DNA of 64,000 nucleotides. Origin: a virus (lineage: Duplodnaviria > Caudoviricetes). The stretch is taken from the IMG/VR virus record IMGVR_UViG_3300015214_000034, positions 4,313 to 68,312 of that record; one strand, written 5' to 3'. The position numbers were made by a program, and so were the translations under genes. Shown here one piece after another: positions 37,604-45,575 of this stretch. Position 1 is the stretch's first letter, and each line of letters opens with the position of its first letter. A model generated the notes under the pieces. The model saw nothing but the letters and a program-made list of their open reading frames with translations, did no database searches and had not been told where the DNA came from.

Positions 37604-39165
37604 TACGCAGCCCTCCGCTTGGCCATTTCCTGCCGGCGCTTGACCATGGCCTTCGCCATGTTCTTGCGGGAGCGCAGGACGCGGCGCTTCGCCAGTTCGT
37701 CCTCCGGCGTCTGATCGAGCGGGTCGGCCGGGTCGGGCTTGGCGTTCGGGTCGGTGCGGCCGGGGTTCAGCGACAGGTCCATGTCGTCCATGCGCTCGGG
37801 CGGGCGCGTGAGGCCGAGCAGATCGTAGATCTCGCCGACGGCCGGGTCGTCCGGCATGACAGGGGCACCGGCCTGCGCCAGCTTGGCCAGCGCGTCGAGC
37901 ACCTGTTCGATGTCGCGGTCGCTGATTTCGTTCACGCCCATCTGCGGGCAAAGTTCGGGGGGCCAGCCGTTCAGTTCGGCCAGCGGTGCCAGGACATCGC
38001 GGTCGTAGATCTCGCACAGATCGAGCAGCGTCGATGTCACGGTCAGGTAGAACGTGCCGACCTTGGACCGGGACAGCGCCAGCGAGCCGGAGCCGTCGGC
38101 CCCGAGGAGCAGATGCTCGACGCCGAGGATGCGGGCGAGTTCCTGATTCATCCGATTGACGGCGTTGGCCATCGAATCGAACGACGTGCTGTCGCCGGAC
38201 AGCAGTTCCAGCGCCCACTTCGGCACGCTGCTGACCGTCTGGCTCTTGTCCACGCTGGCCGCGATATAGGTGTCCGACGGCAGGAGCATCCCCGATTTCT
38301 CGTTGCGGATATGCTTGTCGAGCCAGTTGCGGAGCGGGGCCAGCAGGGACGTGCGGCGGGCCTCGGCCTGCGCCCGGGCGTCCGATCCCGGAGGGCCAGC
38401 GTCCAAGACCTCCTGCCGGAGTTCGCCCAGCGGCGCGCGCGCGACCGGGATGCCGCGCAGATCAGTGGTGAAGCCGATTTCCTCCAGCCAGAGGAACGTC
38501 TCCAGCCGGGCGGCGGTCACGGCCAGATGGCGGAACAGGCCGACGCCCTCGGGGCTGTCGGTCAGCGTGTCGTCCACGGCATAGACGATCTTGCTGCGGG
38601 GCAGTTCGACATCGGCGAATCCTGGCACGCGCTGGATCACCGATTCGACGGTGCCGCCCCGGTCGCGCTTCCACCGGCTGATGGTGCGCTGCGGGCGATG
38701 TTCGATGTCGAGGAGGCCGATGGTCCCGTCGGGGTTCTGCTTGGCCGTCCATTCCTGAATCGTGAAGCCGTGCAGGCGGAACGCGGCGGTCTTGCGGACG
38801 ACTTGCGACCAGCTTGTCGTCATGTCGTAGAGCATCGCATAGGCTTGGTCGGCATAGCCTTGCGCGGTGGCGGTGTCGGCTTCGGACAGGTTCTCGGGCG
38901 GATTGACCGTCCACACGGCGTTGCTGATCAGGTTCAGAAACAGGCGAACGCCGGCCCCGATGATCGACACGTCGCGGACGAGGCGGTCATATTCGTCGAA
39001 TCGACGCGGCCCGACCAGATTGATGAGCCGATCTGGCTCGTCGAACGTGCCAGCCCCTTCCCCATTGATGACACCGCCTGATGCACGGCTCGTGCCCAAG
39101 GTTTCCGTAGGCGCAGCCCGCTTGAACAGCGCGTCGCCCGCTCGCTTGAAAATGCTGTCCGCCAA
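37603..39165 (-). CDS. Portal protein (DUF935-like)
   Basis: 520 aa first head gene; GFTIQEW; GVGLFR; GIPV; LLG..GSLALS. Confidence 0.85.
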   Translation of the reverse strand: MADSIFKRAGDALFKRAAPTETLGTSRASGGVINGEGAGTFDEPDRLINLVGPRRFDEYDRLVRDVSIIGAGVRLFLNLISNAVWTVNPPENLSEADTATAQGYADQAYAMLYDMTTSWSQVVRKTAAFRLHGFTIQEWTAKQNPDGTIGLLDIEHRPQRTISRWKRDRGGTVESVIQRVPGFADVELPRSKIVYAVDDTLTDSPEGVGLFRHLAVTAARLETFLWLEEIGFTTDLRGIPVARAPLGELRQEVLDAGPPGSDARAQAEARRTSLLAPLRNWLDKHIRNEKSGMLLPSDTYIAASVDKSQTVSSVPKWALELLSGDSTSFDSMANAVNRMNQELARILGVEHLLLGADGSGSLALSRSKVGTFYLTVTSTLLDLCEIYDRDVLAPLAELNGWPPELCPQMGVNEISDRDIEQVLDALAKLAQAGAPVMPDDPAVGEIYDLLGLTRPPERMDDMDLSLNPGRTDPNAKPDPADPLDQTPEDELAKRRVLRSRKNMAKAMVKRRQEMAKRRAA

Positions 39166-39311
39166 AGCCCGGCCTCCTGATCTGGTAGCCTTGTATCGCA
39201 GGAGGGGCTTTCGGTCACGTCTCCAGAATCGAAACCGGCCGCACCCCGAAGGACGCGGCCGGCCGGATCATTCCGAGAGCGAGGCCCTTGTATCAGGCCC
39301 CGGGTTGATTG

Positions 39312-39725
39312 TCACGCCGCCGTGAGGTCGCCGGAGACATTCCAAGTGTTCGCCGCGACCTTGGTGCAGACGACGCGGCCCTTGGCGATCACGACAGCGG
39401 TGGTGCTGCCCTTTTTCTCCATGGTCGCGCCAGCGCCGGCCTGCGCGGTCAGCGCGCCGGCACCCTGCGCGATCACCGAGAACGACGATCCGATGGGAAA
39501 CGCGACGGCGCTGTCCTGCGGGAGGGTCAGCGTCTGGGCACCGGCATTGGTGCGCAGGATCGTCTTGCCGACATCGGTCAGCGCCGGGATATAATCGGCG
39601 GCGGCCGACGTGGTGACGGCGGGTTCCAGCTTGGCAAAGTTGCGCGCGATCAACTTGAACGCGGCGATCAGCCCGCGACCGGAATACTGGCCGGCCTTGG
39701 ACGACAGAGTTTCGAGATGGGCCAT
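39312..39725 (-). CDS. Virion-type beta domain protein, paralogous to C-terminus of 18310-19020
   Basis: TNAGAQTLTLP...FPIG..F.V...GAG.LT..AG.G. Confidence 0.6.
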   Translation of the reverse strand: MAHLETLSSKAGQYSGRGLIAAFKLIARNFAKLEPAVTTSAAADYIPALTDVGKTILRTNAGAQTLTLPQDSAVAFPIGSSFSVIAQGAGALTAQAGAGATMEKKGSTTAVVIAKGRVVCTKVAANTWNVSGDLTAA

Positions 39726-39900
39726 AGCCTCCTCCTCTGGTTTCCTTGCCGAGCGGGATTGCCCGGCCCGGCTGGCATATCACGACGGCTCTCGGCCGGA
39801 TATAGCGAAGGGCCGGGAGATCGCTCCCCCGGCCCCTCTATCCTTTCGCCCTTCACATCGTCCGGGCAAGGGCGGGTCGCCCTGCGGGAATTAGGTCAGA

Positions 39901-40161
39901 TCAGCCGCCGCGCGAGGCGGCGCGCTTGCGGTGGCCGGCTTCGTGTCGGAGCGAGTTCTGGAGCGCGGCGTCGAACGGCGCGCGGGTCATGTTCATGGCC
40001 GGGCCGGGGACGGCCAGGCGCGGCGCGCGCAGGGCGGTCGCCGGGACGAACAGGCCGTAGATGAAGGCGACCCCGCGCTCCAGCGCCGAGACGGCGGCGA
40101 GCGGCGCGGCTGCGATCAGGGACAGGGCGGCGGCGAAGAATGGGCGGTAACGCAGAACCAT
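39901..40161 (-). CDS. Small hypothetical protein
   Basis: AAGGAGG RBS; hydrophobic N-half. Confidence 0.45.
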   Translation of the reverse strand: MVLRYRPFFAAALSLIAAAPLAAVSALERGVAFIYGLFVPATALRAPRLAVPGPAMNMTRAPFDAALQNSLRHEAGHRKRAASRGG

Positions 40162-40289
40162 GGGTTTCCTCCTTGGCTGTCCGATAGTGGACCCGGGCAA
40201 GGTGCGCCGATGGCAGCGGGCGGTCAACGGAAAAGGGCGAGGCCATTGCTGACCCCGCCCTGCGACCCGGCGCGTTGATCGCGCTGCGG

Positions 40290-40481
40290 CTAACTGATTC
40301 CAAGCCTCTCTTGCCGCTCTCTGATCGCGGTTGCAACAGGCCCCGGAACAGGCACCTGTCCCGAGGCCCATCGCCGAACCGACGACGCATCGACGCCAAG
40401 CCAATCGGCCAGCCGGGTCTGCCACCCATGCTTGGGCGGGAACAGTGCCCGGCCGGCCTCCTTGAATTGATCAGCGGTCAC
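40290..40481 (-). CDS. Small XRE/Cro-like HTH protein coupled to TROVE gene
   Basis: WQTRLADWLGVDASSVRRWASG. Confidence 0.75.
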   Translation of the reverse strand: MTADQFKEAGRALFPPKHGWQTRLADWLGVDASSVRRWASGQVPVPGPVATAIRERQERLGIS

Positions 40482-41787
40482 GCGCCTCGCTTTCGTGGAC
40501 GAATCGGAGGACGTTCTCGCTGAAACCGTCGATGCGCGTCCAGTCCCCGTAGCCGACGCCGTTGCGATAGCTGGCCACGTTGATCATGTAGCCGCGCGCG
40601 CCCTCGCGGGGACCGCCGACGCGATCATGGGACTGCTCGTCCGTGATCACGATCATCCGGTCATAGCGGGTGCGGAGATTGACCTCCGCAATCGCGTGCC
40701 CGAGGCGGGTGCCGCCATGCGGCTGCGAGCGGCGGATCGCATCGACGCCAGCCATGCCACGACGCGGGGGAACCTCCTTCACGTCATTGGAGAAGCTGAA
40801 CACCCGGACATCGCCGTGGATGATCGAACCGAGGGCGCAGGCCGCGTCCATGCGGGTCAGATCAGACTTGGCCGACAACTTGTCGTCCATCGAACCGCTG
40901 ACATCGACCAGCACCACGGTCTTGCCCGGCAGGACCGGCATGTCCTCGACCGCCGCGCACAGCGCCTCGTCCAGCGCCGGCTCGAACTGCGGTGCAGCCC
41001 GGGCAGCGGCGATGTAGCGGAACGGCAGGACATAGCGCGCACCCTTGCGGGCGATGATCGCCTGCTTGACCAGATCGGAGTCGACGCCGACCTCGGCCAT
41101 CTTTCGCAGGTTGCGGATCAGGGCCATGTAGCCGAGCCGGCCTTCGCTGATCAGCCGCGTGAACGCCTCGGCCTTGTCGGCCCCGCCCGAAAGCGCGACC
41201 TCCCAAGTGTCCGGCGACGGCAACTCGCCAGCAATGAGCGCCTTCCACATCGCGGCCTGCTCGTCGTCCTTCGGCTTCGGGTGAACGAGGCGCAGGACAT
41301 CGCGCAGCCGCACGGTGGTCGCGCGGTCATACTTGGCAAGCTGGTAGGCGTCGAACTGGCCGAACGCGAGGGCAAGGCCCTTCTTCATCGCGGCCGGGAT
41401 GGGGCGCTTTCCGTCCTTCCACAGCATGGCCAGCAACTCGCCCATTTCATCGGCGCGGCGCACGACGGCCGGATAGTCGTCGGGGCGCAGCGCGGAGATC
41501 TGGCCGGCACGAGCCAGTCCGGCGATCAGCCACAGCGGGGCGTGGCGCAGGTTCATCTGGCTGCGGGCCTCGATCGCCAGCGCGGCGACATCGGCCGGCG
41601 CGGCCTTGCTGACCAGATCGGCGATGCGGTCGGCGATGGCGACCCCGCCCTCATAGAACTGGTCCTCCCACAGGAGGCACGACGCGACAGCGCGGCGCAG
41701 TTCAGCGGCGGCGTTCTTCGGGGGGATGCCAGGCGCGCCCTCGTGGGTGCGGGCGGTGTTGACGGGCTTGGTGTTCAATCGAGCCAT
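40471..41787 (-). CDS. rsr: Ro60/Rsr-like TROVE + vWA RNA-binding protein
   Basis: LRRAVASCLLWEDQFYE; MNLRHAP; RADE; YQLAKY; TWEVALS; LGYMALIRNLR; vWA MIDAS VLVDVSGSM and IVITDEQ; CCCACCAAGGAGA RBS. Confidence 0.93.
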   Translation of the reverse strand: MARLNTKPVNTARTHEGAPGIPPKNAAAELRRAVASCLLWEDQFYEGGVAIADRIADLVSKAAPADVAALAIEARSQMNLRHAPLWLIAGLARAGQISALRPDDYPAVVRRADEMGELLAMLWKDGKRPIPAAMKKGLALAFGQFDAYQLAKYDRATTVRLRDVLRLVHPKPKDDEQAAMWKALIAGELPSPDTWEVALSGGADKAEAFTRLISEGRLGYMALIRNLRKMAEVGVDSDLVKQAIIARKGARYVLPFRYIAAARAAPQFEPALDEALCAAVEDMPVLPGKTVVLVDVSGSMDDKLSAKSDLTRMDAACALGSIIHGDVRVFSFSNDVKEVPPRRGMAGVDAIRRSQPHGGTRLGHAIAEVNLRTRYDRMIVITDEQSHDRVGGPREGARGYMINVASYRNGVGYGDWTRIDGFSENVLRFVHESEARDR

Positions 41788-41828
41788 GATGGCGTTCTCC
41801 TTGGTGGGCAGCGGCGGCCACAAGGGAA

Positions 41829-41908
41829 GCGGGGAATGGTCGGGAACGGAGTGCCGGGCGTTACCCGGACGTTTGCGAAACGAAGTATCCGTTGTCCTAC
41901 ACCACCGC
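41829..41908 (-). ncRNA. Short Y-RNA-like unit 1 (no tRNA domain), immediately 5' of rsr
   Basis: GCGG-TGGTGTAG-GACAACGGA-TACTTCG-...-TCCGTT-CCCGACC-ATTCC-CCGC; shares conserved blocks with units 2-4. Confidence 0.7.
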
Positions 41909-41950
41909 CGCCCATGAGGCCGTCGCCGGGTTTGCGGACATCGCCGATCA

Positions 41951-42090
41951 GGGTCGCGAGGGAAACAAGTCGAAGGCGGTCCTATGTCGGTTGCTCTACC
42001 CGCTGAGCTACCCCGGCGAACCGGGGGCTGGATTCGAACCAGCGACCTACTGATTATCGAAGTATCCGCATTCTACACCACTCGCGACCC
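41951..42090 (-). ncRNA. yrlA: YrlA-like Y RNA unit 2 with permuted tRNA-Thr-like domain
   Basis: 10-bp terminal stem GGGTCGCGAG/CTCGCGACCC; T arm GCTGG-TTCGAAT-CCAGC; acceptor CCCCGG-TTCG-CCGGGG; D arm TAGCTCAGCGGGTAGAGC. Confidence 0.88.
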
Positions 42091-42133
42091 GGAACGACGA
42101 TGCCCAGATCGTCCACCCAAGGTGCGCAGGCAA

Positions 42134-42273
42134 GGACCGCGAGGAATAGGCGGCTCCTGAACGTGAAGCGTCCTAACCACTAGACGACCAAGTGCCGAGG
42201 CCCTTGGGCGGGATTCGAACCCGCGTTTCTCGCTCCAGATGCGAAGTAGCAGAAGCCTGCACCATCGCGGTCC
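42134..42273 (-). ncRNA. yrlA: YrlA-like Y RNA unit 3 with permuted tRNA-Glu/Asp-like domain
   Basis: 9-bp terminal stem GGACCGCGA/TCGCGGTCC; T arm GCGGG-TTCGAAT-CCCGC; acceptor CCAAG...CTTGG closed by a loop; D arm TCGTCTAGTGGTTAGGACG. Confidence 0.88.
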
Positions 42274-42275
42274 AT

Positions 42276-42355
42276 GCCTGCCCGGGAAACTGGCGGATGC
42301 GGCGTCTTTCCGAGTTACAAAGTCGATGAAACCGCGTCCTGCACCACGGGCAGGC
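42276..42355 (-). ncRNA. Short Y-RNA-like unit 4 (no tRNA domain), first in array
   Basis: 9-bp terminal stem GCCTGCCCG/CGGGCAGGC; TGGTGCAG, TTCATCGA and TTTCC blocks. Confidence 0.72.
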
Positions 42356-42360
42356 GTCGG

Positions 42361-42388
42361 CAAATAGCGCATTGTGCGCGGTTTGCAA
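42361..42388 (-). promoter_or_regulatory. Sigma70-like promoter for Y RNA-rsr operon
   Basis: TTGCAA-N16-TATTTG ending 5 nt upstream of the 5' G of unit 4. Confidence 0.55.
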
Positions 42389-42454
42389 GCGGAAAGGTGC
42401 CCCCGCCGCGCTCACCGGCTTCCGTGGTCTGGCTCCACAAGGGGCATGGGTCGA

Positions 42455-42529
42455 TGGTTGCAGAGGAGGGATTCGAACCCCCGGCCTGTGGATTATGAGA
42501 CCACCGAGCTACCGCTGCTCTACCCTGCA
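42455..42529 (-). tRNA. tRNA with CAT anticodon (fMet-like scaffold, atypical)
   Basis: TGCAGGGTAGAGCAGCGGTAGCTCGGTGGT-CTCATAA-TCCACAGGCCGGGGGTTCGAATCCCTCCTCTGCA-A-CCA; full cloverleaf with encoded CCA. Confidence 0.92.
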
Positions 42530-42899
42530 CCATCGCGAGGGCGATGGGGGTATCCGGTCCATTCGCCCGAAGGCTGCGCCCGGCTCGATCCATCGCCCTG
42601 TCGCCTTCGTGGACATTTTCGGGGACCGTCTTGAAGGCGCAAGTCATCCAGTCCCGCGCTGATGGTTGCCGCGATCTGGCCAGCTTGGCAAGGGGGAAGG
42701 GTGCCGAGGACAGAATTGATCGGTTGCCCGACCAGCCGGTGCCGACTGTGCGGCGTGGCCAACTCCTTCGCGATTAAGCGGCTTGGCGGATAACCCCACC
42801 GCTCCTCGGCGTGCCAGCGGCCCGGGTCCGTCATGCGCTAGGCGCGTCGTGGGCGGTTGCCGCTGGCGGGTGCCGGCATAGGCGCGTCCTGGCCGGCGA

Positions 42900-44483
42900 T
42901 CAACTCGCTCCCCACGGATCATCATCGGTCGCCGGCTCCGGCGCGTCGTCGATGTCGTCCATTTCCTCGGGCGCGGCGTTCTGGGCGACCGGCACGGTGC
43001 CGACAAGCGCCTGAAATGCCCGGCTGCTGGCGTCCACCTGATCCTTGTATGTGCCGGACGGGAAGTTGCGGAGTTCCTCGATATAGGCGGCGTTCCAGTC
43101 GCCCCGGACCAGATGGACGCGCTCGGCCCCGACCTGTGCGGCAAACGGATCGGCGCGCGTCACCTTGTCGCCCGTCTCCGGGGTGCAGATGAAATTGAAG
43201 CCCATCAGGATCTCCGACACGCGCCACTTGAACGCCTTGCCGCCGAATCCCGGGTCTTGAGGGATGCTGATCTTGACCGTCGGGATTTCGTTCCGGTCAT
43301 TGATCGAAACCTCCTCGATCATCGTCTCGACTTCGGTCGGATTGGCGCGCCGCCGCTCGACGTGGCGGATATAGACATCGCCGCCGACGCGGGTCATCAG
43401 GACGCGCACGGTGTAGGGCGATTTCTTCCGCTTGCTGCCGGCCAAGTCCCACCCGGCCCATGTCACGCCGCCAGCCGGCACATGGTCCACGATGTCGATG
43501 TGCTCGACCTTGAACATGCCGCCTTCGCGCGGGGCCGGCCGCTGCTGATACTGGCCGGCATACATGTAATCGCCGGATTTCTTAACGTCCTCGGTGACGG
43601 CCGGGCCGGCGCGCACCGGGTCCATCAGTTCGCCCTCATAGGAGCGCGGGTCGGCCCAGTCCTTCGTCTTGCCCGGGCGATCTGGGTCGGGGACTTGCAG
43701 CGGTGTCGTGCAGCGCCGGGCCGTCTCGAACTCGTTGGGGATCATCAGATGGACGAACCCATAGTCGCGGGCGAGGATGACGCCGGTCAGATCTTCCTCG
43801 TGCAAGCGCTGCATGACGATCACGATGGCCGACGTTTCCCAGTCATTGATGCGGTTCAGGCCGCCCTCAATGAACTTGCGGGTAGCGTTGTCGCGCTGCG
43901 TCTCGGATTCGGCCCCATCGACGCTGTGCGGATCGTCCACGATCAGGCGGTCGCCGCGCTTGCCGGTCACGGACTTGAAGGCGACGCCGAGACGCGAGCC
44001 GGTGTCGTAATTGCTGAACGACTGCACGCCTTCAGTCTTGAGTTCGACCTCCGGCCACAGCGATTGGAACCATTCGGAGCGGACCAGATCGAGCGTCTTG
44101 CTGGTATCGCGCTTGACGTTGGACAGATCGAACGACGTGCTGACAAAGCGCAGGTGGCGCTTGCCGAGCGGACCCCATTCCCACGCCTGCCACATCACCG
44201 AGACGATGGTCGATTTCGACGAGCCGGGCGGCACGTTGATGATCAGACGCGGTTTCAGCTTGCCCCGGCTGATCGCCTCCAGATGGTCGCACATGGCTTG
44301 CATGTGCCAGTTCCAGCGCAGCCGCGTGCCCGGCTCGATGACCTTCCACGCTTCCTGCACGAACTCGGCGAACGACTGACAGCGGCGGCGGACGCCATCG
44401 GCATCGGCCCGGGCCTCGTCCAGCATCGCGGCCTCTTGCCGGCGCGCGATCTCCTCCCGGTAGAACTTGGTTGAGAGCGCCAT
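42900..44483 (-). CDS. terL: Terminase large subunit
   Basis: LIINVPPGSSKST Walker A; LIVDDP Walker B; YQQRP; WDLA; FPSGTYKDQVDA. Confidence 0.95.
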   Translation of the reverse strand: MALSTKFYREEIARRQEAAMLDEARADADGVRRRCQSFAEFVQEAWKVIEPGTRLRWNWHMQAMCDHLEAISRGKLKPRLIINVPPGSSKSTIVSVMWQAWEWGPLGKRHLRFVSTSFDLSNVKRDTSKTLDLVRSEWFQSLWPEVELKTEGVQSFSNYDTGSRLGVAFKSVTGKRGDRLIVDDPHSVDGAESETQRDNATRKFIEGGLNRINDWETSAIVIVMQRLHEEDLTGVILARDYGFVHLMIPNEFETARRCTTPLQVPDPDRPGKTKDWADPRSYEGELMDPVRAGPAVTEDVKKSGDYMYAGQYQQRPAPREGGMFKVEHIDIVDHVPAGGVTWAGWDLAGSKRKKSPYTVRVLMTRVGGDVYIRHVERRRANPTEVETMIEEVSINDRNEIPTVKISIPQDPGFGGKAFKWRVSEILMGFNFICTPETGDKVTRADPFAAQVGAERVHLVRGDWNAAYIEELRNFPSGTYKDQVDASSRAFQALVGTVPVAQNAAPEEMDDIDDAPEPATDDDPWGAS

Positions 44484-44514
44484 CGGCTCCCGGATCAGGG
44501 TCGCGCCCTGATCG

Positions 44515-45045
44515 TCAGTCGTCAGCGCTGCCATCGACAATCTCGTCGGGGTCCAGCCCCTCGGCGAGCGCAGCGAGGCGGCCATACTCGGCAAGCTGTT
44601 CGTCGGTCAGGCGCGACAGATCGGGGGCAGGGCCGCCGAACGGCTGGCGAGCCTTGTCGCCGACTTCCACCTTGGTCGTCCAGCCGCCAAGCCGGGCCAG
44701 GATGAACTTCTGCGCGTCCAGATCGCCCTTCGCCGTCTCGCTTTCCGCGTTCAGGGCGCGGTTGATCACCTGCGAGCCGACGCTGGCCAGCATTTCGGCT
44801 CGGCCGAGTTCCAGATCATCGGAGAAGTGCCGGCGCAGAGTGTCGCGGCTGACGCCGATCAGGCGGGCGATGTAGTGCTCGCCATGGACCGGGAAGGTCT
44901 TGGCATAGGTGCGGACCTTGAGCCGCTGCTCCTCGGTCGGCACGAACGGCGGGTTGCCGAACTGCCCCTTGGGCGCGCCTCGGGCATCATCGTCCCGCGT
45001 CTTCTGGTTGTGCGCGGTGAGGGGCTTTTCTGGCGTGGTGGACAT
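44515..45045 (-). CDS. terS: Terminase small subunit
   Basis: HTH IARLIGVSRDTLRRHF..EL..G; directly upstream of terL. Confidence 0.85.
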   Translation of the reverse strand: MSTTPEKPLTAHNQKTRDDDARGAPKGQFGNPPFVPTEEQRLKVRTYAKTFPVHGEHYIARLIGVSRDTLRRHFSDDLELGRAEMLASVGSQVINRALNAESETAKGDLDAQKFILARLGGWTTKVEVGDKARQPFGGPAPDLSRLTDEQLAEYGRLAALAEGLDPDEIVDGSADD

Positions 45046-45124
45046 GACGGCAATCTATGCGCGCGGCGCTCTCCAGTCGAGTCTTACGCGGCGTCCCTGC
45101 GATTTCGCCTTATGCGGAATGACG

Positions 45125-45173
45125 TTGCTGCGGTCGTCGCAGCGCCTATGCTGCCCGGACCACCACGAGGAGA
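45125..45173 (+). promoter_or_regulatory. Promoter/operator copy: TTGCTG-N16-TATGCT with palindrome and CCACCACGAGGAGA RBS
   Basis: GCTGCGGTCGTCGCAGC at 45127-45143; TATGCT at 45147-45152. Confidence 0.65.
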
Positions 45174-45180
45174 CTCAACG

Positions 45181-45348
45181 ATGAAACATGATGACCCCCG
45201 CCTGGCCGGCCGTGTGCTGGAGGGCAAGCTGGTGTTCGCCGTCGTCTGCCTGATCGCCATCGGCGTCGGGGTCGGCGTGATCACCGAGTTCATCTTGCCG
45301 GCTTTCGCCCAGATCGACGCCGCGTTCGACGCCTTAGCGAAGAATTAA
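45181..45348 (+). CDS. Small membrane protein
   Basis: 55 aa, one TM segment, strong RBS. Confidence 0.6.
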   Translation: MKHDDPRLAGRVLEGKLVFAVVCLIAIGVGVGVITEFILPAFAQIDAAFDALAKN

Positions 45349-45395
45349 CCTCTCTCCCCCAACACGGTCCCATCAGCCCACCACGGAGACGACCG

Positions 45396-45575
45396 ATGCA
45401 GATCACGATTCGCGATACCGACCGCACCGAAGGCCAGAGCTTGCAGGACTATCGCCGCAAGCAGGCCGAGGCGTGGTTCGCCCGCAACCAGAAGCAACTC
45501 CGCGACCAGTTTTGGGAGCGCAAGCGCCGCGATCACGAGGCGGGCGAGCGGTGGCTTGCCGAGCACGGCCAATGA
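45396..45575 (+). CDS. Small charged protein (59 aa, not in ORF track)
   Basis: MQITIRDTDRTEGQSLQDYRRKQAEAWF...; CCACCACGGAGA RBS. Confidence 0.6.
   Translation: MQITIRDTDRTEGQSLQDYRRKQAEAWFARNQKQLRDQFWERKRRDHEAGERWLAEHGQ

Noticed and set aside
41829-42355. CRISPR array or ordinary tRNA cluster
   Set aside because: Repeats are short, degenerate and structurally embedded with unequal spacing, and there are no cas genes; the tRNA-like parts are permuted and lack anticodon loops and CCA
42545-42625. HDV-like/theta ribozyme next to the tRNA (minus strand ends GCCTTCGGGCGAATGGAC with an upstream GTCCA)
   Set aside because: A P2/P4/J4-2-like end is present, but I could not build P1, P3 or the L3/P1.1 pseudoknot, and it lies 5' rather than 3' of the tRNA; a covariance-model search would settle it
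42605-42660. Hammerhead ribozyme (CTGGATGA...CGAAA on minus strand)
   Set aside because: Core is CTGGATGA rather than CTGANGA, and GAAA is not adjacent to stem II
42520-42834. 104-aa ORF between terL and the tRNA
   Set aside because: Runs into the tRNA, has no RBS or recognisable motif, and the region looks like structured RNA
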